64,000 bases of DNA from Phascolarctobacterium sp. (GTDB lineage: Bacteria > Bacillota > Negativicutes > Acidaminococcales > Acidaminococcaceae), in NCBI GenBank assembly GCA_034117325.1, contig JAXEPX010000009.1, positions 3,208 to 67,207 on the forward strand. Direction: 5' to 3'. The first letter of the stretch is position 1, and each line of letters opens with the position of its first letter. The translations under genes were made by a program, and so were the position numbers. Shown here in pieces: positions 8,999 to 18,029 of the stretch. The notes below the pieces were generated by a model. The model worked only from the letters and a program-made list of their open reading frames with translations, did not search any database and was not told the origin of the DNA.

Positions 8999-10112
8999 TT
9001 TTCTAAGGCGTCTACGCGCGCTCGTCACTAAAGAAATGAAGCAGCTGCTCCGTGATAGAAGCAGTCTGTTAATTGGTATCGTCATTCCACTTATGCTATT
9101 ATTTTTAATCGGCTATGGCCTCTCCATGGATGTGAAGCATTTGCCCACGGCTGTGGTGCTGGAGGATAATTCTCCTACGGCGCAGCAGCTGACAAGCAGC
9201 CTGCGCGGCTCGGAATATATTTCTCCCACCTATGTGACCAATATGCAGGAGGCGGAGCAGCTGATGCTACAGCGCAGGGTGGATGCCATTTTAGTCGTAC
9301 CGCCTAATTTTACGGAAAGCGTTTACCAAGGGCGGGGTGAGGTGCAGGTAATTATCTATGGCATTGAGACCAGTGCTACCTCCGCTAAGAGCTACGTGCA
9401 GGCGGCTGTAGGGCAATGGTATGCGCAAAACGCTAGCAAGCTTGCGCTTAATGGCTCCGGTAAGGGGCAAATCAGCGTGGAGCAGCGCATTTGGTTCAAT
9501 GATGCCAATACTAGCACCTGGTACTTTGTGCCCGGTATTATCGTCATCGTTTTATCCCTGGTCGGCGTTTTTCTTACTTCCCTAGTTATGGCGAAGGAAT
9601 GGGAGCGGGGCACGCTGGAGGCCTTGTTTATTACGCCGGTCAAGGTTCTGGAAATCATCTTAGCAAAAATGATTCCTTATTTTCTTGTAGCCATGGTGGG
9701 CTGGACATTGAGCCTTTTGGCTTCTCGCTACGTTTTCGAGGTGCCTCTCTATGGCTCGCTGCCCATGTTGCTTCTAGCTTCCGTGGTTTATCTTTTTGTC
9801 ATGCTAGGCATGGGCTTGACAATATCCTCGGTTGTGCGCAGCCAATTTATAGCTTGCCAGCTGTCGATGATGGTCAGCATGCTGCCGACGATGCTGCTCT
9901 CGGGCTTTATTTATGATTTGCGCAATGTACCCAAGGTTATCAATATGATTGGCCATGTGCTGCCCGCGACGTATTATCTGGAGATTGTGAAAAATATTTT
10001 CCTGGCGGGGAATAATTGGCCCCTGATGCTGAAAAATACGGCTATTTTAGTTGGCTATGCGATTTTTTTCGTCGGGATGTCCTTTCATGTGACGCGCAAG
10101 AAGGTGGAATAA
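8991..10112 (+). CDS. ABC-2 permease (YbhS-like); start taken at ATG 8991
   Basis: KEMKQLLRDRSS, WFNDA...PG, AKEWERGTLEAL; overlaps the upstream stop. Confidence 0.9.
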   Translation: MHDFLRRLRALVTKEMKQLLRDRSSLLIGIVIPLMLLFLIGYGLSMDVKHLPTAVVLEDNSPTAQQLTSSLRGSEYISPTYVTNMQEAEQLMLQRRVDAILVVPPNFTESVYQGRGEVQVIIYGIETSATSAKSYVQAAVGQWYAQNASKLALNGSGKGQISVEQRIWFNDANTSTWYFVPGIIVIVLSLVGVFLTSLVMAKEWERGTLEALFITPVKVLEIILAKMIPYFLVAMVGWTLSLLASRYVFEVPLYGSLPMLLLASVVYLFVMLGMGLTISSVVRSQFIACQLSMMVSMLPTMLLSGFIYDLRNVPKVINMIGHVLPATYYLEIVKNIFLAGNNWPLMLKNTAILVGYAIFFVGMSFHVTRKKVE

Positions 10113-10113
10113 T

Positions 10114-11229
10114 ATGGAAGCATTAAAAATATATTTACGCAAGGTGTTCTATATTTTCCAAAAGGAGCTCCTGGCGACGATTAAGGATCCTAAAAGTGCA
10201 GCGGTGCTTGTAGTGCCGGTTATTCTGCAGTGCTTTGTCTTCGGCTATGTGGCCAATTATAATCTGGAGAATGTGCCCTATGTAGTGGTGGATCATAGCA
10301 AAAGTGCTGTTTCGCGCGATGTGCTAGCACGCTTGGAGGGCTCAGGTATTTTTCATAAGCTGGCCGAATTAGACAATGAGAACCAAATTGCCGAATTCAT
10401 CGATAAGGGTGATGCGCTCGTAGCGCTGAGCTTTGAGCATGAATTTGCTCGCAAAATCGAGCATGGGGAGACTGCTAAGCTGCAGGTGATTGCGGACGGA
10501 CGCAATTCTACGACGGCTGGTAGCGCCATCGGCTACATCTCAAGCATTGTTTCCGCCTATAATGCAAAGCTTAACAGCGCAAGCAGTGCCGTGACTATCA
10601 AGACGCGCGTCTGGTATAACGAGAATGAGCTTAGTCAGTGGACCTTCCTCGCGAGCCTGATGCCCATTCTCTGTCTGACGCAGATTCTAGTGCTGGCAGG
10701 GCTTTGCGTAGCGCGCGAAAGGGAGAATGGTACCTTTGATCAACTGCTGGTAACGCCTCTGACGAGTATGCAAATCATGCTGGGCAAGGCACTTTCACCC
10801 ATGCTGATAGGCCTCGTGCAGGGCTTAGTAGCACTGGGAATTTGCCGCCTATGGTTCAAGCTACCTTTGCAAGGGAGCTTCTGGCTTCTAATTTTTACGC
10901 TACTGCTCTTTATGCTCAGTATTGTAGGTATTGGACTCTGCGTTTCGGCAGTCTCTTCCACTATGCAGCAGGTTATGGTGTATGTTATGGTCATCATGCT
11001 GCCGATGAACCTGCTCTCGGGCCTTTCGACACCGGTCAGCAATATGCCTGAGCTATTACAATATTTCACATATATTAATCCGTTGCGCTTTGCGATTGAC
11101 GCCGTGCGCAGGATTTACCTCGCAGGAGCTACCTTTAGCGAGCTAAGCATGGATTTTATTCCCATGCTCTGTGTAGCGGTACTGACGCTGCCCGTAGCCA
11201 CCTGGCTATTTCGTAATAAATTAAGTTAG
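10114..11229 (+). CDS. ABC-2 permease (YbhR-like)
   Basis: VARERENGTFDQLLVTP and LLSGLSTPVSNMP motifs; multiple TM segments. Confidence 0.9.
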   Translation: MEALKIYLRKVFYIFQKELLATIKDPKSAAVLVVPVILQCFVFGYVANYNLENVPYVVVDHSKSAVSRDVLARLEGSGIFHKLAELDNENQIAEFIDKGDALVALSFEHEFARKIEHGETAKLQVIADGRNSTTAGSAIGYISSIVSAYNAKLNSASSAVTIKTRVWYNENELSQWTFLASLMPILCLTQILVLAGLCVARERENGTFDQLLVTPLTSMQIMLGKALSPMLIGLVQGLVALGICRLWFKLPLQGSFWLLIFTLLLFMLSIVGIGLCVSAVSSTMQQVMVYVMVIMLPMNLLSGLSTPVSNMPELLQYFTYINPLRFAIDAVRRIYLAGATFSELSMDFIPMLCVAVLTLPVATWLFRNKLS

Positions 11230-11241
11230 GAGGTAGCTTTG

Positions 11242-11904
11242 ATGGAAAGTAAAGCAAATAGATGCAAGCGAGTTCCCCGAACTGATGGTACGGAGACACG
11301 CAAGCAGATAATTGAGTGTGCGGGCAAGCTGATTGCCCAAAAGGGCTTTGTGGCTACTACAAGCAAGGAAATCTGCCAAGAGCTGGGCATTAACTTAGCG
11401 GCGATAAATTATCATTTTGGCAGTCGTGATGGACTTTATGTCGAGATTTTAAGCAATGTGCATGATCATCTGCTGAGCTTGGATTTTTTAGAAGAGCTCG
11501 CAAGTGAGCAGCTGACACTCCAGCAACGGGTGGAGCAGCTGATTGGCTTTATTATTCATAAAGCCTGTATCGAGGAGGATTGGCAGCTACAGCTGTGGCT
11601 TAGGGAAATCGTTAGTGGTAATCCTCTGCTAGATAAGGTTATTGAAAAGACAGTCCTGCCTAAGCTCAAGCTAGTGCTCACGATTTTTGGCGCGTATTTT
11701 GAGCTTGCTCTCGATGATATGCGTCTGCATAGCCTGATTCAATGTCTGCTGGCCCCTGTTTTTTCCTTCATCATCGCTAGACAGCATAATGTACAGCGCT
11801 TATTGCCTGCGACGTATGATTTGCAGCATTTTGTAGAGCTGATGCAAGCAAATATACTTATCAATCTGCAGGCGCAAAGGGCTGCGCTAGCGGCTAAGCA
11901 CTAA
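11242..11904 (+). CDS. TetR-family regulator (CecR/YbiH-like)
   Basis: DGTETRKQII...KGF...INYHFGSRDGLY HTH; last gene of the efflux operon. Confidence 0.88.
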   Translation: MESKANRCKRVPRTDGTETRKQIIECAGKLIAQKGFVATTSKEICQELGINLAAINYHFGSRDGLYVEILSNVHDHLLSLDFLEELASEQLTLQQRVEQLIGFIIHKACIEEDWQLQLWLREIVSGNPLLDKVIEKTVLPKLKLVLTIFGAYFELALDDMRLHSLIQCLLAPVFSFIIARQHNVQRLLPATYDLQHFVELMQANILINLQAQRAALAAKH

Positions 11905-11929
11905 TAATGCGCAAGAATTTAAAACACTA

Positions 11930-11975
11930 TAAAAAAGCTGACTGCGTCCGTGTGAAAGACGTAGTCAGCTTTTTG
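11930..11975. terminator. Bidirectional terminator shared by tetR and ftsH, copy 2 of the direct repeat
   Basis: AAAAAAGCTGACTGCGTC-CGTGTGAAA-GACGTAGTCAGCTTTTT. Confidence 0.85.
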
Positions 11976-12004
11976 CTTTAGTATTTACTTAGCTTAACGC
12001 TTGC

Positions 12005-13861
12005 TTATGCTTCTTCTGCTTGCGCTTCAATTACTTCGCCCTGCTCTTCTTTTTTCAGCAGTGCCATGAATTGTTCGCCGGTAATAGTTTCCTTCTCCAG
12101 CAGGAAGTTCGCCAGCACGTCGAGCTTATCGCGGTTCTCGCTGAGAATTGCGCGTGCAGTCTCGTGTGCTTCCTTAATAATGGCGAGCACCTTTGCATCA
12201 ATGCGTCCAGCGGTCTCCTGACTGCAGGCGAGGGAGGTATCTCCGCCGAGGTATTGGTTCGTAACTACCTCGGTAGCCATCATGTCAAATTCCTCCGTCA
12301 TGCCGAGGCGGGTGACCATGCTGCGGGCAATCTTCGTCGCTTGCTCAATATCGTTCGCTGCGCCGCTGGTAATGCTGCCGAAGACAAGCTCCTCGGCCGT
12401 ACGGCCACCGGTAATGGTGACAATCTTATTGAAGAGCTCCTCCTTCTTCATCAGGACGGAGTCGTTATCATTGATCTGCATCGTATAGCCCAGTGCGCCA
12501 TTGGTGCGGGGGATAATGGTAATCTTATGTACGGGAGCGCTATTCTTCTGCATTGCAGCGACGAGGGCATGGCCAATCTCGTGGTAGGCGATAACGCGTT
12601 TTTCCTCGGGGCTGATGACTGCGCCCTTGCGTTGGTAGCCGGCGATAACAACCTCAATGGATTCTTCGAGGTCTGCCTGCTCAACAGTCTGACGCTGCAG
12701 CTTGACAGCACGCAGAGCACCTTCGTTAATAATATTCGCCAGCTCAGCGCCACTAGCACCAGCGGTAGCGCGGGCGAGAGCTTTATAATCAATATCGTCC
12801 GCCATTTTTACATCGCGGGCGTGTACCTTGAGAATGGCTTCACGACCTTGCAGGTCGGGCAGCTCCACGGGGATGCGACGGTCGAAACGACCGGGACGCA
12901 AGAGGGCTTTATCGAGGGATTCGGGCCTATTGGTAGCGGCGAGGATGACTACACCCTTACTGCCGTCAAAGCCGTCCATTTCGCTGAGCAGCTGGTTTAG
13001 CGTCTGTTCGCGCTCGTCATTGCCACCGAATTGGCCGCTGTCGCGACGCTTGCCGATGGCATCAATCTCGTCGATGAAGACGATGCAGGGGGCTTTTTCC
13101 TGTGCTTGCTTAAAGAGGTCGCGCACGCGGGCTGCGCCCATGCCGACGAACATTTCTACGAATTCACTGCCGCTGATGGAGAAGAAGGGAACCTTCGCCT
13201 CGCCGGCAACGGCCTTCGCTAGCAGAGTTTTACCAGTACCTGGAGGGCCTACGAGCAATGCGCCCTTGGGCATATTAGCGCCGATGGCCTTGTACTTGCC
13301 AGGGTTATGCAGAAAGTCTACAAGCTCCATCAGGGCTTCCTTCGCCTCGTCCTGACCGGCTACGTCGGCGAAGCTTTTACCAGTCTGCGCTTCGACGTAA
13401 ACCTTAGCATTACTCTTGCCAAAGGTCATGGCATTGCCACCGCCCATGCGCTTACTCATGAAGTACATGAAAAGCTGGCCCAGACCGAAGAAAATGAGGA
13501 TGGGTAGAATCCAGTTTTTAAAGATGCTGACGATGGCAGAGTCTTCCTTGGGGACTACTTGGGAGAAGGTAACCTTGCTCTTTAAGAGGCGGTCAGCCAT
13601 AAGGGGGTCTTCAACACGTCCGGTGACGTAGATTTCCTTTTCCTCACTGTCCTTGCCAAAGGCAGCAATACGCTTGTCGGTGATTTCAACCTTGGAAAGC
13701 TTGTTTTCGTCAATCATTTGCATGAAGGTGTTGTAGGGGACCTCATGCACCTTCGGGCTGAAGAAGGTGGGCATGATGACGGTGTTGATGAGCATGATAA
13801 TCAGCAGCGCCATGACGTAGTAGTAGAGCAGGGGCCGCTTTTTATTATTGTCGCTATGCAT
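12005..13861 (-). CDS. ftsH: ATP-dependent zinc metalloprotease FtsH
   Basis: Two TM segments, [26 protein letters not shown] and HEIGH zinc motif. Confidence 0.95.
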   Translation of the reverse strand: MHSDNNKKRPLLYYYVMALLIIMLINTVIMPTFFSPKVHEVPYNTFMQMIDENKLSKVEITDKRIAAFGKDSEEKEIYVTGRVEDPLMADRLLKSKVTFSQVVPKEDSAIVSIFKNWILPILIFFGLGQLFMYFMSKRMGGGNAMTFGKSNAKVYVEAQTGKSFADVAGQDEAKEALMELVDFLHNPGKYKAIGANMPKGALLVGPPGTGKTLLAKAVAGEAKVPFFSISGSEFVEMFVGMGAARVRDLFKQAQEKAPCIVFIDEIDAIGKRRDSGQFGGNDEREQTLNQLLSEMDGFDGSKGVVILAATNRPESLDKALLRPGRFDRRIPVELPDLQGREAILKVHARDVKMADDIDYKALARATAGASGAELANIINEGALRAVKLQRQTVEQADLEESIEVVIAGYQRKGAVISPEEKRVIAYHEIGHALVAAMQKNSAPVHKITIIPRTNGALGYTMQINDNDSVLMKKEELFNKIVTITGGRTAEELVFGSITSGAANDIEQATKIARSMVTRLGMTEEFDMMATEVVTNQYLGGDTSLACSQETAGRIDAKVLAIIKEAHETARAILSENRDKLDVLANFLLEKETITGEQFMALLKKEEQGEVIEAQAEEA

Positions 13862-14047
13862 ACGTTCATCTCCTTATATTTTATTATGCTACTATTTTAC
13901 TATTATTAAGGGAAATACACAAATGAAAGTTTTGTAAACAAGTAAAACTGTACACCGCAAGAATACTTGTATACATTCCTCTCAGACCTTGCCAATCCGC
14001 GCGCTTTTATATACAATTATGCTTGTAACTGTAAAGGAGGTTCGACT

Positions 14048-17000
14048 ATGCCTAAAATTAACACAGTCCTAGTTGCTAACCGCGGCGAAATCGCCATTCG
14101 CGTCTTCCGCGCCTGCAATGAACTCGGTATTCGTACCGTCGCTATATATTCGAAAGAAGATACTCTCTCCCTGCACCGCAACAAAGCCGACGAGGCTTAC
14201 CAGGTAGGCGAGGGCAAGAGTCCTACCGATGCTTATCTTGACATTGAGGACATCATGCGCATTGCGCGTGAGCACGAGGTAGATGCTATCCACCCGGGCT
14301 ACGGCTTCCTCTCTGAAAATAGCAATCTGGCTCGCCGTTGCCAAGAAGAGGGCATCACCTTCATCGGTCCTCGTCTTGAGCATCTCATCATGTTCGGCGA
14401 CAAGATTAACGCTCGCAAACAGGCTGAGCTCGCCGGCATCCCCATGATTCCCGGCAGCAATGGCACCATAAATTCCATGCAAGAGGTGCTGGATTTTGGT
14501 GAAGCCTATGGCTATCCCATCATCATCAAGGCCGTTAATGGCGGCGGTGGTCGTGGCATGCGCGTGGTACACTCCGCTGAGGAGGCAATCACCGCCTACG
14601 ACATGGCTAAAAGCGAAGCGAAGAAGGCTTTTGGCAATGATGAAATTTATTTAGAAAAATATCTGCAAAATCCGAAGCATATCGAGGTCCAGATTATCGG
14701 CGACGAGCATGGCAATCTGATGCACCTCTTCGAGCGTGACTGCTCCGTACAGCGCCGTCACCAAAAGCTCGTTGAGATTGCGCCCGCCTTCTCCCTGCCC
14801 TTGGAGCAACGCAAGGCAATTTGTGAGGCTGCTGTGAAGCTGATGAAAAACGTTAATTACATCAGCGCCGGCACTGTTGAGTTCCTCGCTACCCCCGATG
14901 GCAAATTCTACTTTATCGAGGTTAACCCCCGCATTCAGGTAGAGCATACCGTTACCGAGCAAATCACTGGTATCGATATTGTGCAAGCGCAAATCAAGGT
15001 TGCCGAGGGCTACAGCCTGCACGGCCCTGAAATCGCTCTGCCCGAGCAGGACGAGCTGCACACCATTGGCCACGCTATTCAGTGCCGTATTACCACCGAG
15101 GATCCGTCCAATAACTTCATGCCCGACACTGGCAAGCTCATTACCTACCGCAGTGGTGGCGGTATGGGTATTCGTCTCGACGGCGGCAACGCTTTCACGG
15201 GCTCTGTTATTACTCCGTACTACGATTCCCTCCTGGTTAAGGCTACTACCTGGGGCCTGACCCATCAAATCGCAATTACCAAGATGCTGCGCTGCCTGAA
15301 GGAATTCCGTATCCGCGGCGTTAAGACTAATATTCAATTCCTGGAAAATGTGCTGCAAAACGAGCACTTTGTGAAGGGTGACTATACCACTGACTTCGTA
15401 GATACTACGCCCGAGCTTTTCGTCTTCCCGAAAACTCTGGACCGTGGCAATAAGCTCCTGCATTACATTGCCGATATCACCGTTAATGGTTATTCCAATG
15501 TGGGCGTACAGCCGAAGCCTGACTTCGCGCCGCTGAATATGCCGAAGCATTATAATGGCTTCCTGGCGCTGGGCGCTAAGCACATCCTCGATACCCAGGG
15601 CCCTGACGGCCTGGCTGAGTGGGTAATGGCTCAACAGGAGGTACTGGTAACCGATACCACCTTCCGTGATGCGCATCAATCCCTGTTCGCTACTCGTCTG
15701 CGTACTGCCGACATGCTGCGCGTAATGCGCGACACTGCTGGCAAGCTGCCCGGCTTCTTCTCCTTCGAATGCTGGGGCGGTGCGACCTTCGACGTAGCTT
15801 ATCGCTTCCTAGACGAAAGTCCTTGGCAGCGTTTGGCTCAATTCCGCGAGGCTGCACCCAATATCCTGCTGCAAATGCTGCTGCGCGGTGCGAACGCCGT
15901 GGGCTACACCAGCTATCCGGATAATGTTGTTAAGGAATTTATCAAATTGGCTGCGAAAAACGGCATCGACGTGTTCCGTATTTTCGATAGCCTGAATGGT
16001 CTCGATAATATGCGTCTGTCCATCGATACTGTCCGCGAAAGCGGCAAGGTGGCAGAGGCTGCTCTTTGCTACACGGGCGATATTCTTGATCCGCGTCGCG
16101 ATAAATACGATTTACAATACTATATTAATATGGCGAGGGAGCTGGAAAAAGCCGGCGCCAATATTATCGCCATTAAGGACATGGCAGGCCTCTTGAAGCC
16201 CGAGGCAGCATATCGCCTCGTAAGCAGCCTGAAGTCCTATGTGGGCGTGCCCATTCATCTGCATACGCACGAGGGCAGCGGTAACGCTATCTATACCTAC
16301 GCGCGTGCAATTGACGCAGGTGTCGACATTGTCGATACTGCGATGAGCTCCATGAGCTGTGGCACGAGCCAACCCTCCACCTCCAGCCTGTACTATGCGC
16401 TGAGCGGTCATCCGCGTCAACCGCGTCTGGATGTGGACTCTCTGAACGAAATGTCCCGCTATTGGGAGACTGTCCGCCCCTACTACAAGGCTGCGGATAG
16501 AACTGAGAATTTCCCGAATCCCGAGGTTTACTGCCATGAGATGCCGGGCGGCCAATATACCAATCTGAAGCAACAGGCACAGGCTCTGGGCCTCATGCAG
16601 CGTTGGGAAGAGGTCAAGGATATGTATCATCGCGTATCCATGATGTTTGGCGACCTGATTAAGGTTACTCCGTCCTCCAAGATTGTCGGCGATATGGCGC
16701 TCTTCATGGTGCAGAATGAGCTCTCCGAGGAGGATGTTTATGCTAAGGGCGATGTGCTGGACTTCCCGGCCTCCGTCGTAGAATTCTTTGAGGGACGTAT
16801 TGGTGTGCCCTACCAGGGCTTCCCTGAAAAGCTGCAGCAAATCGTGCTCAAGGGTCGCAAGCCCATTACCGAGCGTCCGGGTGCAGTGCTGCCGCCGGTT
16901 GATTTTGAAGCAGTACGCGAGAAGCTGAAGGAGATGAATGCTCCGACTACGGACGAGGCTGTAAGCTCCTATTGCCTGTATCCGAAGGTATTTACCGATT

Positions 17001-17494
17001 GGGTAACGCGTTATAATGAGTTTGGCGATGTTTCTGTGCTGGATTCTCCCACCTTCTTCTTCGGCATGACGCCGGGCGAGAAGATTAAGGTTGAGATTGA
17101 GCAGGGCAAGGTGCTGGTAATTAAGCTAGTACACGTTTCCGAGGCTAATGCTGCTGGCATGCGCACGGTAACCTTCGAGTTCAATGGTCTGCCGCGTGAG
17201 ATTCAGGTGAAGGATCGCAATGCGAAGGCTACGGAGGTAACCCGCAAGAAGGCGGATAAGTCTAATCTGGGCGAGATTGCTGCTTCCCTCTCTGGCTCCG
17301 TGGTGAAGGTGCTGGTGGAGAAGGGCCAGGCTGTGACGAAGGGCACGCCGCTCATCGTTACTGAGGCGATGAAGATGGAGACGACGCTGTCTGCGCCGCT
17401 CAGCGGTATCGTGAGCATTATTCACGTGGCTCCGGGCGAGCGCGTGGAGAGCGGGGACTGCCTGATGGAGATTAAGACGCAGGTGGACAAATAA
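14048..17494 (+). CDS. pyc: Pyruvate carboxylase (start ATG 14048 after AAGGAGG)
   Basis: ANRGEIA biotin carboxylase, RDAHQS carboxyltransferase, HEMPGGQYTNL, EAMKME biotin site. Confidence 0.97.
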   Translation: MPKINTVLVANRGEIAIRVFRACNELGIRTVAIYSKEDTLSLHRNKADEAYQVGEGKSPTDAYLDIEDIMRIAREHEVDAIHPGYGFLSENSNLARRCQEEGITFIGPRLEHLIMFGDKINARKQAELAGIPMIPGSNGTINSMQEVLDFGEAYGYPIIIKAVNGGGGRGMRVVHSAEEAITAYDMAKSEAKKAFGNDEIYLEKYLQNPKHIEVQIIGDEHGNLMHLFERDCSVQRRHQKLVEIAPAFSLPLEQRKAICEAAVKLMKNVNYISAGTVEFLATPDGKFYFIEVNPRIQVEHTVTEQITGIDIVQAQIKVAEGYSLHGPEIALPEQDELHTIGHAIQCRITTEDPSNNFMPDTGKLITYRSGGGMGIRLDGGNAFTGSVITPYYDSLLVKATTWGLTHQIAITKMLRCLKEFRIRGVKTNIQFLENVLQNEHFVKGDYTTDFVDTTPELFVFPKTLDRGNKLLHYIADITVNGYSNVGVQPKPDFAPLNMPKHYNGFLALGAKHILDTQGPDGLAEWVMAQQEVLVTDTTFRDAHQSLFATRLRTADMLRVMRDTAGKLPGFFSFECWGGATFDVAYRFLDESPWQRLAQFREAAPNILLQMLLRGANAVGYTSYPDNVVKEFIKLAAKNGIDVFRIFDSLNGLDNMRLSIDTVRESGKVAEAALCYTGDILDPRRDKYDLQYYINMARELEKAGANIIAIKDMAGLLKPEAAYRLVSSLKSYVGVPIHLHTHEGSGNAIYTYARAIDAGVDIVDTAMSSMSCGTSQPSTSSLYYALSGHPRQPRLDVDSLNEMSRYWETVRPYYKAADRTENFPNPEVYCHEMPGGQYTNLKQQAQALGLMQRWEEVKDMYHRVSMMFGDLIKVTPSSKIVGDMALFMVQNELSEEDVYAKGDVLDFPASVVEFFEGRIGVPYQGFPEKLQQIVLKGRKPITERPGAVLPPVDFEAVREKLKEMNAPTTDEAVSSYCLYPKVFTDWVTRYNEFGDVSVLDSPTFFFGMTPGEKIKVEIEQGKVLVIKLVHVSEANAAGMRTVTFEFNGLPREIQVKDRNAKATEVTRKKADKSNLGEIAASLSGSVVKVLVEKGQAVTKGTPLIVTEAMKMETTLSAPLSGIVSIIHVAPGERVESGDCLMEIKTQVDK

Positions 17495-17514
17495 GTGTCA
17501 TTTCTGCAAACAGC

Positions 17515-17592
17515 TTGCGCTAACCTTATGCAAGTGTTATACTAATTTCATATCCGAATCTACGAAAAGCAGCGGACTTACCGCTGCTTTTT
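17515..17592 (+). promoter_or_regulatory. Promoter followed within ~45 nt by an intrinsic terminator (candidate short RNA or attenuated leader)
   Basis: TTGCGC-17-TATACT with extended TG; AAAAGCAGCGG-ACTTA-CCGCTGCTTTTT at 17565-17592. Confidence 0.55.
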
Positions 17593-17626
17593 CAATATGA
17601 AAATTATTATCATTGCTATTAATGAA

Positions 17627-17801
17627 ATTCGCAATTAGTTATCAAACGCTCAGTGCGGCTTTTTTTACGCTCATTTCGTGGTGTTCAATAACGAAATCTC
17701 GCCAAACTCGCTAACGCTCAAACATGTCTCGATTTCTATTGAACAATCCACTCATTCGCTAAAAGCCGCAATCATTCGCTTATTGATTAACTAATTGCTC
17801 A
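17627..17801 (+). repeat. Family-1 ~175-bp palindromic element, copy A
   Basis: Ends ATTCGCAATTA...TAATTGCTCA; core ACGAAATCTCGCCAAACTCGCTAACGCTCAAACATGTCTCGATTTC shared with 34604-34777 and 43721-43890. Confidence 0.88.
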
Positions 17802-17837
17802 TTCTTCTTACTAACTGTTGCAAAAATTGTAAAGCTA

Positions 17838-17985
17838 TTCGGCAGCGAAGCGGTGATAATGGCAAAGCCCTTTTTTTGCGGAGCTTTTTTGGGCGAGCAA
17901 AAAAAGCGACGTTTCCCGCGCTTTCTAAAAGCGCGCACTTTCTTGCTTCTTCTTTGGTGACAAAGAAGAAGGATGAGAAGTAGAT
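17838..17985. repeat. REP-like double T-tract/A-tract hairpin stack
   Basis: CTTTTTT-GGGCGAGC-AAAAAAAG and CTTCTTCTTTG-GTGA-CAAAGAAGAAG hairpins; GCAGCGAAGCGG motif. Confidence 0.5.
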
Positions 17986-18029
17986 AAACAAAAAGATAAA
18001 CTCAGATTAAATTTCCTTTAAGGAGTCCC

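Noticed and set aside
12020-15679. Long opposite-strand ORFs (326 and 342 aa)
   Set aside because: Shadows of ftsH and pyc.
17597-17638. Ile-rich 13-aa ORF MKIIIIAINEIRN as a leader peptide
   Set aside because: No RBS, lies after the terminator, runs into a repeat and precedes no Ile genes; likely an AT-rich artefact.
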